Shown here piece by piece: positions 29,901 to 45,300 of a stretch of 64,000 nt of DNA (positions are counted from its first letter, which is position 1; the number at the start of each line of letters is the position of its first letter). The stretch lies in assembly GCF_009914755.1 (NCBI RefSeq), contig NC_060948.1; one strand, given 5' to 3'. The stretch is from the human T2T-CHM13v2.0 reference genome, Homo sapiens. The position numbers and the translations under genes were made by a program. Under the pieces are notes generated by a model. It did not search any database. It saw nothing but the letters and a program-made list of their open reading frames with translations, and was not told where the DNA came from.

Positions 29901-32900
29901 TCTCGAATGGAATAAAAATATATGGAATGGAATGCAATGAAACGGAATCGAATGTCATAGAATGTAATGGAATGCAAAGAAATGGAATCCAAAAACATTG
30001 ACTGGAAAGGCTGGGTTTCGAAAGGAATTGACTCCAATGGAATGGAATCGAATGGAATGGAAGTGAATAGAATCGAACTAAATCGAATGGAATGGAATTG
30101 ATAGGAACGGAATGGAAAGGAATGCAATGATTTGGCATGGAATGGAATCGAATGGCATCGAATGGAATGGAATGGAATGCAATGGAATGGAATGTATTAG
30201 AAAGCAATGAACTTTAATGGAATGTACTCGAATGGATTCGACTGGAATGGAATGTTCTGTAAGTGAATGGACTCCAATGGAATGGATTCAAAAGGAATGG
30301 AATCGTACGGAATGGAATCTAATGGAATGGAATTAAATGGAAATGAATCAAATTGAATAGCACGGAATTGAATTGAATGGAATCGAATGCAATGGAATCT
30401 AATGAAACGGAAAGGAAAGGAATGGAATGGAATGGAATGGGCTGGAATGGAAAGGAATCGAAACGAATGGAATGGAATCGAACTGAAGAGACTGGAATGG
30501 AATGCACTGGAATGGAAGGGAGTGTAATGGAAGGTTCTCGAAAAAAATGGAATCGAATGGAATGGAATTGAATGGAACGGAATAGAGTCGAATGGAATTG
30601 AATGGAATGGAATGGACTAGAGTGAAATGGAATCGAACCACAAGGAATGGACAGGAATAGAATGGTCTCGAATTGAATGGAATCGTATGGAATGGCATCA
30701 AACGGAATGGAATGGACAGCCACGGAATGGAATGCACTCGAATGCAATGGAGTCGAAACTAATGGACTGGAATAGAATGGACTCGACTGGTACGGACTCC
30801 AATGGAATGGAATTGAATGGAAGGGAATCGAACGGAATGGACTCGAGGGGAAAAGACTGCAATGGAAAGGTCTCGAATGGAATGGAAATTAATGGAATGG
30901 AATGGAATCGAATGAAATGGAGTCAAAAGGAATGGAATCGAATGGCAAGAAATCGAATGTAATGGAATCGCAAGGAATTGATGTGAATGGAGCGGAATGG
31001 AATGGAATCCAAAGGAATGGAATCGAATGGAAAGGACTCGAATGGAAATCACTCGAATAGAATGCAATTTAATAAAATAGGATCAAATGTAATGGAATGG
31101 AATGGAAAGGAATCGAATCGAAAGGAATGGAGACAGATGGAATGGAATGGAACAGAGAGCAATGGTATAGAATGGAATGGAATCATCTGGAATGGAATTG
31201 AATGGAATGGAATAATATGAAATGGAATGGAATGGAATGGAATGGAATGCCCTTGAATTAAATGGACTGGAATGGAATGGACTCGAACAGAGTGGAATGG
31301 AAAGTGTTGAAATAGAATGGAATGGACTCCTTTGGAATGGTCTAGTATGCAATGCAATCGACTGGCAGGGAATCAAAAGGAATGTAATGGAATGGGTTGG
31401 ACTGGAATGCAATGGACTCGAATAGATTGGAAACGGAATACAAAGGAATGGAATGGAATAGTATGGAATGGAATGGAAAGGAATGGAGTGGAATAGACTA
31501 GAGTGGAATGGAATGGACTGGAAAGCAACGGACTGGAATGGAACTTTCTTGAATGGACTGGAATCAAACGGAATGGAATGCAATGCAATCAAATGGCATG
31601 GAATAAAATAGAATGAAAGAGAATCAAATGGAATTGAATCGAATGGAATCGAATGGATTGGAAAGGAATAGAATGGAATGGAATGGAATTGACTCAAATG
31701 GAATGGACTAGAATGGAATGGATTCGAATGGAAGGCAAAGGAATGGAATCTATTGGAATGGACTGTAATGGAATGGAATGGAAGGGATTGGAATGGACTC
31801 GAATGGAATGGACTGCAATAGAAAGGATTCGAATGGAATGAAAAAGAATTGAATGGAATAGAACAGAATGGAATCAAATCGAATGAAATGGAATGGAATA
31901 GAAAGGAATGGAATGAAATGGAATGGAAAGGATTCGAATGGAATGCAATCGAATGGAATGGAATCGAACCGAATGGAATAAAATGGAAGAAAACTGGCAA
32001 GAAATGGAATCGAAATGAATGGAGTGTTATGGAACGGACTCAAAAGGAATTGAATGTAATAGAATGGAGTGGAGTGGACTCGAATATAATGGACTGGAAT
32101 GGAATGAAATCACATGGAATGGGAACGAATGGAATGGAATGGAAAGGAATGGAATCGAATGGAAAGGAATCGAATGGAAGGGAATGAAATTGAATCAACA
32201 GGAATGGAAGGGAATAGAATAGACGGTAATGGAATGGACTCGAATAGAATGGACACGAATGCTCAAATTGAATGGACTCGAATGGAATGGAAACGAAAGG
32301 AATGTCATCGAATGGAATTGAATCGATTGGAATGAAATCGCATAGAATGGAGTGGAATCAAATGGAATTGAATCGAAAGGAAAGGAAGCGAATGGACTGA
32401 AATGAAATGGAATGGAATTGAATGGAAAGTAATGCAATGGAATAGAATGGAACGAAATTTCACGGAATGGAATCAAACTGAATGGAATCAAGTCAATGGA
32501 ATCAAATCAAATGGAATGGAAAGGAATTGAATGGAGTAGATTGGATTGGATGGGATTGGAATGAAATGTACTGGAAAGGACTCGAATTTCATGAAACGGA
32601 ATGGAATGAATTGGAACGGAATGGACTCGAATGGAATGGAATGTCATGGAATGGCATCAAATGGAATGGCATCAAATGGAATGGAATCGAATGCAATGGA
32701 ATGCTATGGAATGGAATGGAATGCATTGGAATGGAATGTCCTCTAATGGAATGGATTCGAGTGGAATGGAATCGAATATAATGGAGTCGAATGAAATGGA
32801 ATTGAAAGGAATGGGATCGAATAGAATGGAATATACTGGAATGTAATGTAATGAACTCGAATGTAATTGACTGGAATGGAATGTACATGAATGGAATGTA

Positions 32901-34800
32901 ATCGAATGGAAAGTAATCCAATGGAATAGAATCTAATGCAATAAAATCGACTCAGATAGAGTAGAATGTAATGGAATGGAGTGCAGTGCAATGGAATGGA
33001 ATGGAATGGAATGCAATGGAATGGAAGGCAATGGAATGGAAGGCAATGGAATGGAATGGAATGGAATGGAATGGAATGGGATGGAATGGTATGGAATGGA
33101 TAGTAATGGACTGGAGTGAAATGGACTGGAAAGGAATGGACTCAAATTGAAAGGGCTCGAAAGGAATGGAGTCAAATGGAATGGTCTGGAATGGAATGAA
33201 CACGAATGTAATGCAATCCAATAGAATGGAATCGAATGGCATGGAATATAAATAAATGGAATCGAAGAGAATGGAAACAAATGGAATGGAATTGAATGGA
33301 ATGGAATTGAATGGAATGGGAACGAATGGAGTGAAATTGTATGCAGTAGAAGAGAATAGAATGGAATGCAAGCGAAAGGAAAGGAATGGATTGGAATGGA
33401 ATGGAATTCATTGGAATGGAAGGGAATGTAGTGTAATGGACAGGCCTGGAATAAAGTGGAATGCTACGGTCTCGAATGGAATAAAAATGTATGGAATGGA
33501 ATGCAATGAAACGGAATCGAATGTCATAGAATGTAATGGAATGCAAAAAATGGAATCCAAAGTCATTGACTGGTAAGGCTGGGTGTCGAAAGGAATTGAC
33601 TCCAATGGAATGGAATCGAATGGAATGGAAGTGAATAGAATCGAACTAAATCGAATGGAATGGAATTGATAGGAACGGAATGGAAAGGAATGCAATGATT
33701 TGGCATGGAATGGAATCGAATGGCATCGAATGGAATGGAATGGAATGCAATGGAATGGAATGTGTTAGAATGTAATGAACTTTAATGGAATGTACTCGAA
33801 TGGATTCGACTGGAATGGAATGTTCTGGAAGTGAATGGACTCCAATGGAATGGATTCAAAAGGAATGGAATCGTGCGGAATGGAATCTAATGGAATGGAA
33901 TTAAATGGAAATGAATCAAATGGAATAGCACGGAATTGAATTGAATGGAATGGAATGCAATGGAATCTAATGAAACGGAAAGGAAAGGAATGGAATGGAA
34001 TGGAATGGGCTGGAATGGAAAGGAATCGAAATGAATGGAATGGAATCGAACTGAAGAGACTGGAATGGAATGCACTGGAATGGAAGGAAGTGTAATGGAA
34101 GGTTCTCGAAAAAAATGGAATCGAATGGAATGGAATTGAATGGAACGGAATAGAGTCGAATGGAATTGAATGGAATGGAATGGACTAGAGTGAAATGGAA
34201 TAGAACCACAAGGAATGGACAGGAATAGAATGGTCTCGAATTGAATGGAATCGTATGGAATGGCATCAAACGGAATGGAATGGATAGCCACGGAATGGAA
34301 TGCACTCGAATGCAATGGAGTCGAAACTAATGGACTGGAATAGAATGGACTCGACTGGTACGGACTCCAATGGAATGGAATCGAATGGAAGGGAATCGAA
34401 TGGAATGGACTCGAAGGGAAAAGACTGCAATGGAAAGGTCTCGAATGGAATGGAAATTAATGGAATGGAATGGAATCGAATGAAATGGAGTCAAAAGGAA
34501 TGGAATCGAATGGCAAGAAATCGAATGTAATGGAATCGCAAGGAATTGATGTGAACGGAACGGAATGGAATGGAATCCAAAGGAATGGAATAGAATGGAA
34601 TGGAATCGAATGGAAAGGACTCGAATGGAAATCACTCGAATAGAATGCAATTTAATAAAATAGGATCAAATGTAATGGAATGGAATGGAAAGGAATCGAA
34701 ACGAAAGGAATGGAGACAGATGGAATGGAATGGAACAGAGAGCAATGGTATAGAATGGAATGGAATCATCTGGAATGGAATTGAATGGAATGGAATAATA
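23950..34800 (+). repeat. Near-identical blocks two units apart (offset 7106-7121 bp): ~24.0-27.7 kb versus ~31.1-34.8 kb
   Basis: Shared rare variants: tcgaatcgaaagg, tgggttggact, aatacaaagg, atcaagtcaa, ggaaggcaatgg, ccaaagtcatt, tcgtgcgg, ggaaggaagtgt, gaatagaacc, ggatagccac. Boundaries are approximate. Confidence 0.85.
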
Positions 34801-35199
34801 TGAAATGGAATGGAATGGAATGGAATGGAATGGAATGGAATGCCCTTGAATTAAATGGACTGGAATGGAATGGACTCGAACAGAGTGGAATGGAAAGTGT
34901 TGAAATAGAATGGAATGGACTCGTTTGGAATGGTCTAGTATGCAATGCAATCGACTGGTAGGGAATCAAAAGGAATGTAATGGAATGGATTGGACTGGAA
35001 TGCAATGGACTCGAATAGATTGGAAACGGAATACAAAGGAATGGAATGGAATAGTATGGAATGGAATGGAAAGGAATGGAGTGGAATAGACTAGAGTGGA
35101 ATGGAATGGACTCGAAAGCAATGGACTGGAATGGAACTTTCTTGAATGGACTGGAATCAAACGGAATGGAATGCAATGCAATCAAATGGCATGGAATAA

Positions 35200-38100
35200 A
35201 ATAGAATGAAAGAGAATCAAATGGAATTGAATCGAATGGAATAGAATGGATTGGAAAGGAATAGAATGGAATGGAATGGAATTGACTCAAATGGAATGGA
35301 CTAGAATGGAATGGATTCGAATGGAAGGCAAAGGAATGGAATCTATTGGAATGGACTGTAATGGAATGGAATGGAAGGGATTGGAATGGACTCGAATGGA
35401 ATGGACTGCAAGAGAAAGGATTCGAATGGAATGAAAAAGAATTGAATGGAATAGAACAGAATGGAATCAAATCGAATGAAATGGAATGGAATAGAAAGGA
35501 ATGGAATGAAATGGAATGGAAAGGATTCGAATGGAATGCAATCGAATGGAATGAAATCGAATGGAATGGAATCGAACGGAATGGAATAAAATGGAAGAAA
35601 ACTGGCAAGAAATGGAGTCGAAATGAATGGAGTGTTATGGAACGGACTCAAAAGGAATTGAATGTAATAGAATGGAGTGGAGTGGACTCGAATATAATGG
35701 ACTGGAATGGAATGAAATCACATGGAATGGGAACGAATGGAATGGAATGGAAATGAATGGAATCGAATGGAAAGGAATCGAATGGAAGGGAATGAAATTG
35801 AATCAACAGGAATGGAAGGGAGTAGAATAGACGGTAATGGAATGGACTCGAATAGAATGGACACGAATGCTCAAATTGAATGGACTCGAATGGAATGGAA
35901 ACGAAAGGAATGTCATCGAATGGAATTGAATCGATTGGAATGAAATCACATAGAATGGAGTGGAATCAAATGGAATTGAATCGAAAGGAAAGGAAGCGAA
36001 TGGACTGAAATGAAATGGAATGGAATTGAATGGAAATTAATGCAATGGAATAGAATGGAACGAAATTTCACGGAATGGAATCAAACTGAATGGAATCAAA
36101 TCAATGGAATCTAATCAAATGGAATGGAAAGGAATTGAATGGAGTAGATTGGATTGGATGGGATTGGAATGAAATGTACTGGAAAGGACTCGAATTTCAT
36201 GAAACGGAATGGAATGAATTAGAACGGAATGGACCTGAATGGAATGGAATGTCATGGAATGGCATCAAATGGAATGGAATCGAATGCGATGGAATGCTAT
36301 GGAATGGAATGGAATGCATTGGAATGGAATGTCCTCTAATGGAATGTATTCGAGTGGAATGGAATCGAATATAATGGAGTCTAATGAAAGGGAATTGAAA
36401 GGAATGGGACCGAATACAATGGAATATACAGGAATGTAATGTAATGAACTCGAATGTAATTGACTGGAATGGAATGTACATGAATGGAATGTAATCGAAT
36501 GGAAAGCAATCCAATGGAATAGAATCTAATGCAATAAAATGGACTCAAATAGAGTAGAATGTAATGGAATGGAGTGCAGTGCAATGGAATGGAATGGAAT
36601 GGAATGCAATGGAATGGAATGGAATGGAATGGAATGGAATGGGATGGAATGGTATGGAATGGATAGTAATGGACTGGAGTGAAATGGACTGGAAAAGAAT
36701 GGACTCAAATTGAAAGGGCTCGAAAGGAATGGAGTCAAATGGAATGGTCTGGAATGGAATGAACACGAATGTAATGCAATCCAATAGAATGGAATCGAAT
36801 GGCATGGAATATAAAGAAATGGAATCGAAGAGAATGGAAACAAATGGAATGGAATTGAATGGAATGGAATTGAATGGAATGGGAACGAATGGAGTGAAAT
36901 TGTATGCAGTAGAAGAGAATAGAATGGAATGCAAGCGAAAGGAAAGGAATGGATTGGAATGGAATGGAATTCATTGGAATGGAAGGGAATGTAGTGTAAT
37001 GGACAGGCCTGGAATAAAGTGGAATGCTACGGTCTCGAATGGAATAAAAATGTATGGAATGGAATGCAATGAAACGGAATCGAATGTCATAGAATGTAAT
37101 GGAATGCAAAAAAATGGAATCCAAAATCATTGACTGGAAAGGCTGGGTGTCGAAAGGAATTGACTCCAATGGAATGGAATCGAATGGAATGGAAGTGAAT
37201 AGAATCGAACTAAATCGAATGGAATGGAATTGATAGGAACGGAATGGAAAGGAATGCAATGATTTGGCATGGAATGGAATCGAATGGCATCGAATGGAAT
37301 GGAATGGAATGCAATGGAATGGAATGTATTAGAATGTAATGAACTTTAATGGAATGTACTCGAATGGATTCGACTGGAATGGAATGTTCTCGAAGTGAAT
37401 GGACTCCAATGGAATGGATTCGAAAGGAATGGAATCTAATGGAATGGAATTAAATGGAAATGAATCAAATTGAATAGAACGGAATTGAATTGAATGGAAT
37501 CGAATGAAATGGAATCTAATGAAACGGAAAGGAAAGGAATGGAATGGATTGGAATGGAATGGGCTGGAATTGAATGGAATCGAAACGAATGGAATGGAAT
37601 CGAACTGAAGAGACTGGAATGGAATGCACTGGAATGGAAGGGAATGTAATGGAAGGTTCTCGAAAAAAATGGAATCGAAAGGAATGGAATTGAATGGAAC
37701 GGAATAGAGTCGAATGGAATTCAATGGAATGGAATGGACTAGAGTGAAATGGAATCGAACCACAAGGAATTGACAGGAATAGAATGGTCTCGAATTGAAT
37801 GGAATCGTATGGAATGGCATCAAACGGAATGGAATGGACAGCCACGGAATGGAATGGACACCCACGGAATGGAATGCACTCGAATGCAATGGAGTCGACA
37901 CTAATGGACTGGAATAGAATGGACTCGACTGGTACGGACTCCAATGGAATGGAATCGAATGGAAGGGAATCGAACGGAATGGACTCGAAGGGAAAAGACT
38001 GCAATGGAAAGGTCTCGAATGGAATGGAAATTAATGGAATGGAATGGAATCGAATGAAATGGAGTCAAAAGGAATGGAATCGAATGTCAAGAAATCGAAT

Positions 38101-41100
38101 GTAATGGAATCGCAAGGAATTGATGTGAACGGAACGGAATGGAATGGAATCCAAAGGAATGGAATAGAATGGAATGGAATCGAATGGAAAGGACTCGAAT
38201 GGAAATCACTCGAATAGAATGCAATTTTATAAAATAGGATCAAATGTAATGGAATGGAATGGAAAGGAATCGAAACGAAAGGAAAGGAGACAGATGGAAT
38301 GGAATGGAACAGAGAGCAATGGTATAGAATGGAATGGAATCATCTGGAATGGAATTGAATGGAATGGAATAATATGAAATGGAAAGGAATGGAATGGAAT
38401 GCCCTTGAATTAAATGGACTGGAATGGAATGGACTCGAACAGAGTGGAATGGAAAGTGTTGAAATAGAATGGAATGGACTCGTTTGGAATGGTCTAGTAT
38501 GCAATGCAATCGACTGGCAGGGAATCAAAAGGAATGTAATCGAATGGATTGGACTGGAATGCAATGGACTCGAATAGATTGGAAACGGAAAGCAAAGGAA
38601 TGGAATGGAATAGTATGGAATGGAATGGAAAGGAATGGAGTGGAATAGACTAGAGTGGAATGGAATGGACTCGAAAGCAATGGACTGGAATGGAACTTTC
38701 TTGAATGGACTGGAATCAAACGGAATGGAATGCAATGCAATCAAATGGCATGGAATAAAATAGAATGAAAGAGAATCAAATGGAATTGAATCGAATGGAA
38801 TAGAATGGATTGGAAAGGAATAGAATGGAATGGAATGGAATTGACTCAAATGGAATGGACTAGAATGGAATGGATTCGAATGGAAGGCAAAGGAATGGAA
38901 TCTATTGGAATGGACTGTAATGGAATGGAATGGAAGGGATTGGAATGGACTCGAATGGAATGGACTGCAATAGAAAGGATTCGAATGGAATGAAAAAGAA
39001 TTGAATGGAATAGAACAGAATGGAATCAAATCGAATGAAATGGAATGGAATAGAAAGGAATGGAATGAAATGGAATGGAAAGGATTCGAATGGAATGCAA
39101 TCGAATGGAATGAAATCGAATGGAATGGAATCGAACGGAATGGAATAAAATGGAAGAAAACTGGCAAGAAATGGAGTCGAAATGAATGGAGTGTTATGGA
39201 ACGGACTCAAAAGGAATTGAATGTAATAGAATGGAGTGGAGTGGACTCGAATATAATGGACTGGAATGGAATGAAATCACATGGAATGGGAACGAATGGA
39301 ATGGAATGGAAATGAATGGAATCGAATGGAAAGGAATCGAATGGAAGGGAATGAAATTGAATCAACAGGAATGGAAGGGAGTAGAATAGACGGTAATGGA
39401 ATGGACTCGAATAGAATGGACACGAATGCTCAAATTGAATGGACTCGAATGGAATGGAAACGAAAGGAATGTCATCGAATGGAATTGAATCGATTGGAAT
39501 GAAATCACATAGAATGGAGTGGAATCAAATGGAATTGAATCGAAAGGAAAGGAAGCGAATGGACTGAAATGAAATGGAATGGAATTGAATGGAAATTAAT
39601 GCAATGGAATAGAATGGAACGAAATTTCACGGAATGGAATCAAACTGAATGGAATCAAATCAATGGAATATAATCAAATGGAATGGAAAGGAATTGAATG
39701 GAGTAGATTGGATTGGATGGGATTGGAATGAAATGTACTGGAAAGGACTCGAATTTCATGAAACGGAATGGAATGAATTAGAACGGAATGGACCTGAATG
39801 GAATGGAATGTCATGGAATGGCATCAAATGGAATGGAATCGAATGCGATGGAATGCTATGGAATGGAATGGAATGCATTGGAATGGAATGTCCTCTAATG
39901 GAATGTATTCGAGTGGAATGGAATCGAATATAATGGAGTCTAATGAAAGGGAATTGAAAGGAATGGGACCGAATACAATGGAATATACTGGAATGTAATG
40001 TAATGAACTCGAATGTAATTGACTGGAATGGAATGTACATGAATGGAATGTAATCGAATGGAAAGCAATCCAATGGAATAGAATCTAATGCAATAAAATG
40101 GACTCAAATAGAGTAGAATGTAATGGAATGGAGTGCAGTGCAATGGAATGGAATGGAATGGAATGCAATGGAATGGAATGGAATGGAATGGAATGGAATG
40201 GGTTGGAATGGTATGGAATGGATAGTAATGGACTGGAGTGAAATGGACTGGAAAAGAATGGACTCAAATTGAAAGGGCTCGAAAGGAATGGAGTCAAATG
40301 GAATGGTCTGGAATGGAATGAACATGAATGTAATGCAATCCAATAGAATGGAATCGAATGGCATGGAATATAAAGAAATGGAATCGAAGAGAATGGAAAC
40401 AAATGGAATGGAATTGAATGGAATGGAATTGAATGGAATGGGAACGAATGGAGTGAAATTGTATGCAGTAGAAGAGAATAGAATGGAATGCAAGCGAAAG
40501 GAAAGGAATGGATTGGAATGGAATGGAATTCATTGGAATGGAAGGGAATGTAGTGTAATGGACAGGCCTGGAATAAAGTGGAATGCTACGGTCTCGAATG
40601 GAATAAAAATGTATGGAATGGAATGCAATGAAACGGAATCGAATGTCATAGAATGTAATGGAATGCAAAAAAATGGAATCCAAAATCATTGACTGGAAAG
40701 GCTGGGTGTCGAAAGGAATTGACTCCAATGGAATGGAATCGAATGGAATGGAAGTGAATAGAATCGAACTAAATCGAATGGAATGGAATTGATAGGAACG
40801 GAATGGAAAGGAATGCAATGATTTGGCATGGAATGGAATCGAATGGCATCGAATGGAATGGAATGGAATGCAATGGAATGGAATGTATTAGAATGTAATG
40901 AACTTTAATGGAATGTACTCGAATGGATTCGACTGGAATGGAATGTTCTCGAAGTGAATGGACTCCAATGGAATGGATTCGAAAGGAATGGAATCTAATG
41001 GAATGGAATTAAATGGAAATGAATCAAATTGAATAGAACGGAATTGAATTGAATGGAATCGAATGAAATGGAATCTAATGAAACGGAAAGGAAAGGAATG

Positions 41101-42330
41101 GAATGGATTGGAATGGAATGGGCTGGAATTGAATGGAATCGAAACGAATGGAATGGAATCGAACTGAAGAGACTGGAATGGAATGCACTGGAATGGAAGG
41201 GAATGTAATGGAAGGTTCTCGAAAAAAATGGAATCGAAAGGAATGGAATTGAATGGAACGGAATAGAGTCGAATGGAATTCAATGGAATGGAATGGACTA
41301 GAGTGAAATGGAATCGAACCACAAGGAATTGACAGGAATAGAATGGTCTCGAATTGAATGGAATCGTATGGAATGGCATCAAACGGAATGGAATGGACAG
41401 CCACGGAATGGAATGGACACCCACGGAATGGAATGCACTCGAATGCAATGGAGTCGACACTAATGGACTGGAATAGAATGGACTCGACTGGTACGGACTC
41501 CAATGGAATGGAATCGAATGGAAGGGAATCGAACGGAATGGACTCGAAGGGAAAAGACTGCAATGGAAAGGTCTCGAATGGAATGGAAATTAATGGAATG
41601 GAATGGAATCGAATGAAATGGAGTCAAAAGGAATGGAATCGAATGGCAAGAAATCGAATGTAATGGAATCGCAAGGAATTGATGTGAACGGAACGGAATG
41701 GAATGGAATCCAAAGGAATGGAATAGAATGGAATGGAATCGAATGGAAAGGACTCGAATGGAAATCACTCGAATAGAATGCAATTTAATAAAATAGGATC
41801 AAATGTAATGGAATGGAATGGAAAGGAATCGAAACGAAAGGAAAGGAGACAGATGGAATGGAATGGAACAGAGAGCAATGGTATAGAATGGAATGGAATC
41901 ATCTGGAATGGAATTGAATGGAATGGAATAATATGAAATGGAAAGGAATGGAATGGAATGCCCTTGAATTAAATGGACTGGAATGGAATGGACTCGAACA
42001 GAGTGGAATGGAAAGTGTTGAAATAGAATGGAATGGACTCGTTTGGAATGGTCTAGTATGCAATGCAATCGACTGGCAGGGAATCAAAAGGAATGTAATC
42101 GAATGGATTGGACTGGAATGCAATGGACTCGAATAGATTGGAAACGGAAAGCAAAGGAATGGAATGGAATAGTATGGAATGGAATGGAAAGGAATGGAGT
42201 GGAATAGACTAGAGTGGAATGGAATGGACTCGAAAGCAATGGACTGGAATGGAACTTTCTTGAATGGACTGGAATCAAACGGAATGGAATGCAATGCAAT
42301 CAAATGGCATGGAATAAAATAGAATGAAAG
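35200..42330 (+). repeat. Adjacent single-unit tandem duplication (period 3559 bp), here called subfamily B
   Basis: Both copies share a 15-bp insertion (gaatgaaatcgaatg), atggagtcgaaat, ggacctgaat, aaatcacata, a 20-bp duplication (ggacagccacggaatggaat-ggacacccac), gtcgacacta and cggaaagcaaagg. The offset is constant at 3559 (35246/38805, 37329/40888, 38174/41733). Confidence 0.88.
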
Positions 42331-45300
42331 AGAATGAAATGGAATTGAATCGAATGGAATCGAATGGATTGGAAAGGAATAGAATGGAATGGAATGGAAT
42401 TGACTCAAATGGAATGGACTAGAATGGAATGGATTCGAATGGAAGGCAAAGGAATGGAATCTATTGGAATGGACTGTAATGGAATGGAATGGAAGGGATT
42501 GGAATGGACTCGAATGGAATGGACTGCAATAGAAAGGATTCGAATGGAATGAAAAAGAATTGAATGGAATAGAACAGAATGGAATCAAATCGAATGAAAT
42601 GGAATGGAATAGAAAGGAATGGAATGAAATGGAATGGAAAGGATTCGAATGGAATGCAATCGAATGGAATGGAATCGAACGGAATGGAATAAAATGGAAG
42701 AAAACTGGCAAGAAATGGAATCGAAATGAATGGAGTGTTATGGAACGGACTCAAAAGGAATTGAATGTAATAGAATGGAGTGGAGTGGACTCGAATATAA
42801 TGGACTGGAATGGAATGAAATCACATGGAATGGGAACGAATGTAATGGAATGGAAAGGAATGGAATCGAATGGAAAGGAATCGAATGGAAGGGAATGAAA
42901 TTGAATCAACAGGAATGGAAGGGAATAGAATAGACGGTAATGGAATGGACTCGAATAGAATGGACACGAATGCTCAAATTGAATGGACTCGAATGGAATG
43001 GAAACGAAAGGAATGTCATCGAATGGAATTGAATCGATTGGAATGAAATCGCATAGAATGGAGTGGAATCAAATGGAATTGAATCGAAAGGAAAGGAAGC
43101 GAATGGACTGAAATGAAATGGAATGGAATTGAATGGAAAGTAATGCAATGGAATAGAATGGAACGAAATTTCACGGAATGGAATCAAACTGAATGGAATC
43201 AAATCAATGGAATCAAATCAAATGGAATGGAAAGGAATTGAATGGAGTAGATTGGATTGGATGGGATTGGAATGAAATGTACTGGAAAGGACTCGAATTT
43301 CATGAAACGGAATGGAATGAATTGGAACGGAATGGACTCGAATGGAATGGAATATCATGGAATGGCATCAAATGGAATGGCATCAAATGGAATGGAATCG
43401 AATGCAATGGAATGCTATGGAATGGAATGGAATGCATTGGAATGGAATGTCCTCTAATGGAATGGATTCGAGTGGAATGGAATCGAATATAATGGAGTCG
43501 AATGAAATGGAATTGAAAGGAGTGGGATCGAATACAATGGAATATACTGGAATGTAATGTAATGAACTCGAATGTAATTGACTGGAATGGAATGTACATG
43601 AATGGAATGTAATCCAATGGAAAGTAATCCAATAGAATAGAATCTAATGCAATAAAACCGACTCAGATAGAGTAGAATGTAATGGAATGGAGTGCAGTGC
43701 AATGGAATGGAATGGAATGGAATGCAATGGAATGGAATGGAATGGAATGGAATGGAATGGAATGGGATGGAATGGGATGGAATGGATAGTAATGGACTGG
43801 AGTGAAATGGACTGGAAAGGAATGGACTCAAATTGAAAGGGCTCGAAAGGAATGGAGTCAAATGGAATGGTCTGGAATGGAATGAACACGAATGTAATGC
43901 AATCCAATAGAACGGAATCGAATGGCATGGAATATAAAGAAATGGAATCGAAGAGAATGGAAACAAATGGAATGGAATTGAGTGGAATGGAATTGAATGG
44001 AATGGGAACGAATGGAGTGAAATTGTATGCAGTAGAAGGGAATAGAATGGAATGCAAGCGAAAGGAAAGGAATGGATTGGAATGGAATGGAATTCATTGG
44101 AATGGAAGGGAATGTAGTGTAATGGACAGGCCTGGAATAAAGTGGAATGCTACGGTCTCGAATGGAATAAAAATGTATGGAATGGAATGCAATGAAACGG
44201 AATCGAATGTCATAGAATGTAATGGAATGCAAAAAAATGGAATCCAAAATCATTGACTGGAAAGGCTGTGTGGCGAAAGGAATTGACTCCAATGGAATGG
44301 AATCGAATGGAATGGAAGTGAATAGAATCGAACTAAATCGAATGGAATGGAATTGATAGGAACGGAATGGAAAGGAATGCAATGATTTGGCATGGAATGG
44401 AATCGAATGGCATCGAATGGAATGGAATGGAATGCAATGGAATGGAATGTATTAGAATGTAATGAACTTTAATGGAATGTACTCGAATGGATTCGACTGG
44501 AATGGAATGTTCTCGAAGTGAATGGACTCCAATGGAATGGATTCAAAAGGAATGGAATCGTACGGAATGGAATCTAATGGAATGGAATTAAATGGAAGTG
44601 AATCAAATTGAATAGCACGGAATTGAATTGAATGGAATGGAATGCAACGGAATCTAATGAAACGGAAAGGAAAGGAATGGAATGGAATGGAATGGGCTGG
44701 AATGGAAAGGAATCGAAACGAATGGAATGGAATCGAACTGAAGAGACTGGAATGGAATGCACTGGAATGGAAGGGAGTTTAATGGAAGGTTCCCGAAAAA
44801 AATGGAATCGAATGGAATGGAATTGAATGGAACGGAATAGAGTCGAATGGAATTGAATGGAATGGAATGGACTAGAGTGAAATGGAATCGAACCACAAGG
44901 AATGGACAGGAATAGAATGGTCTCGAATTGAATGGAATCGTATGGAATGGCATCAAACGGAATGGAATGGACAGCCACGGAATGGAATGCACTCGAATGC
45001 AATGGAGTCGAAACTAATGGACTGGAATAGAATGGACTCGACTGGTACGGACTCCAATGGAATGGAATCGAATGGAAGGGAATCGAACGGAATGGACTCG
45101 AAGGGAAAAGACTGCAATGGAAAGGTCTCGAATGGAATGGAAATTAATGGAATGGAATGGAATCGAATGAAATGGAGTCAAAAGGAATGGAATCGAATGG
45201 CAAGAAATCGAATGAAATGGAATCGCAAGGAATTGATGTGAACGGAACGGAATGGAATGGAATCCAAAGGAATGGAATAGAATGGAATGGAATCGAATGG

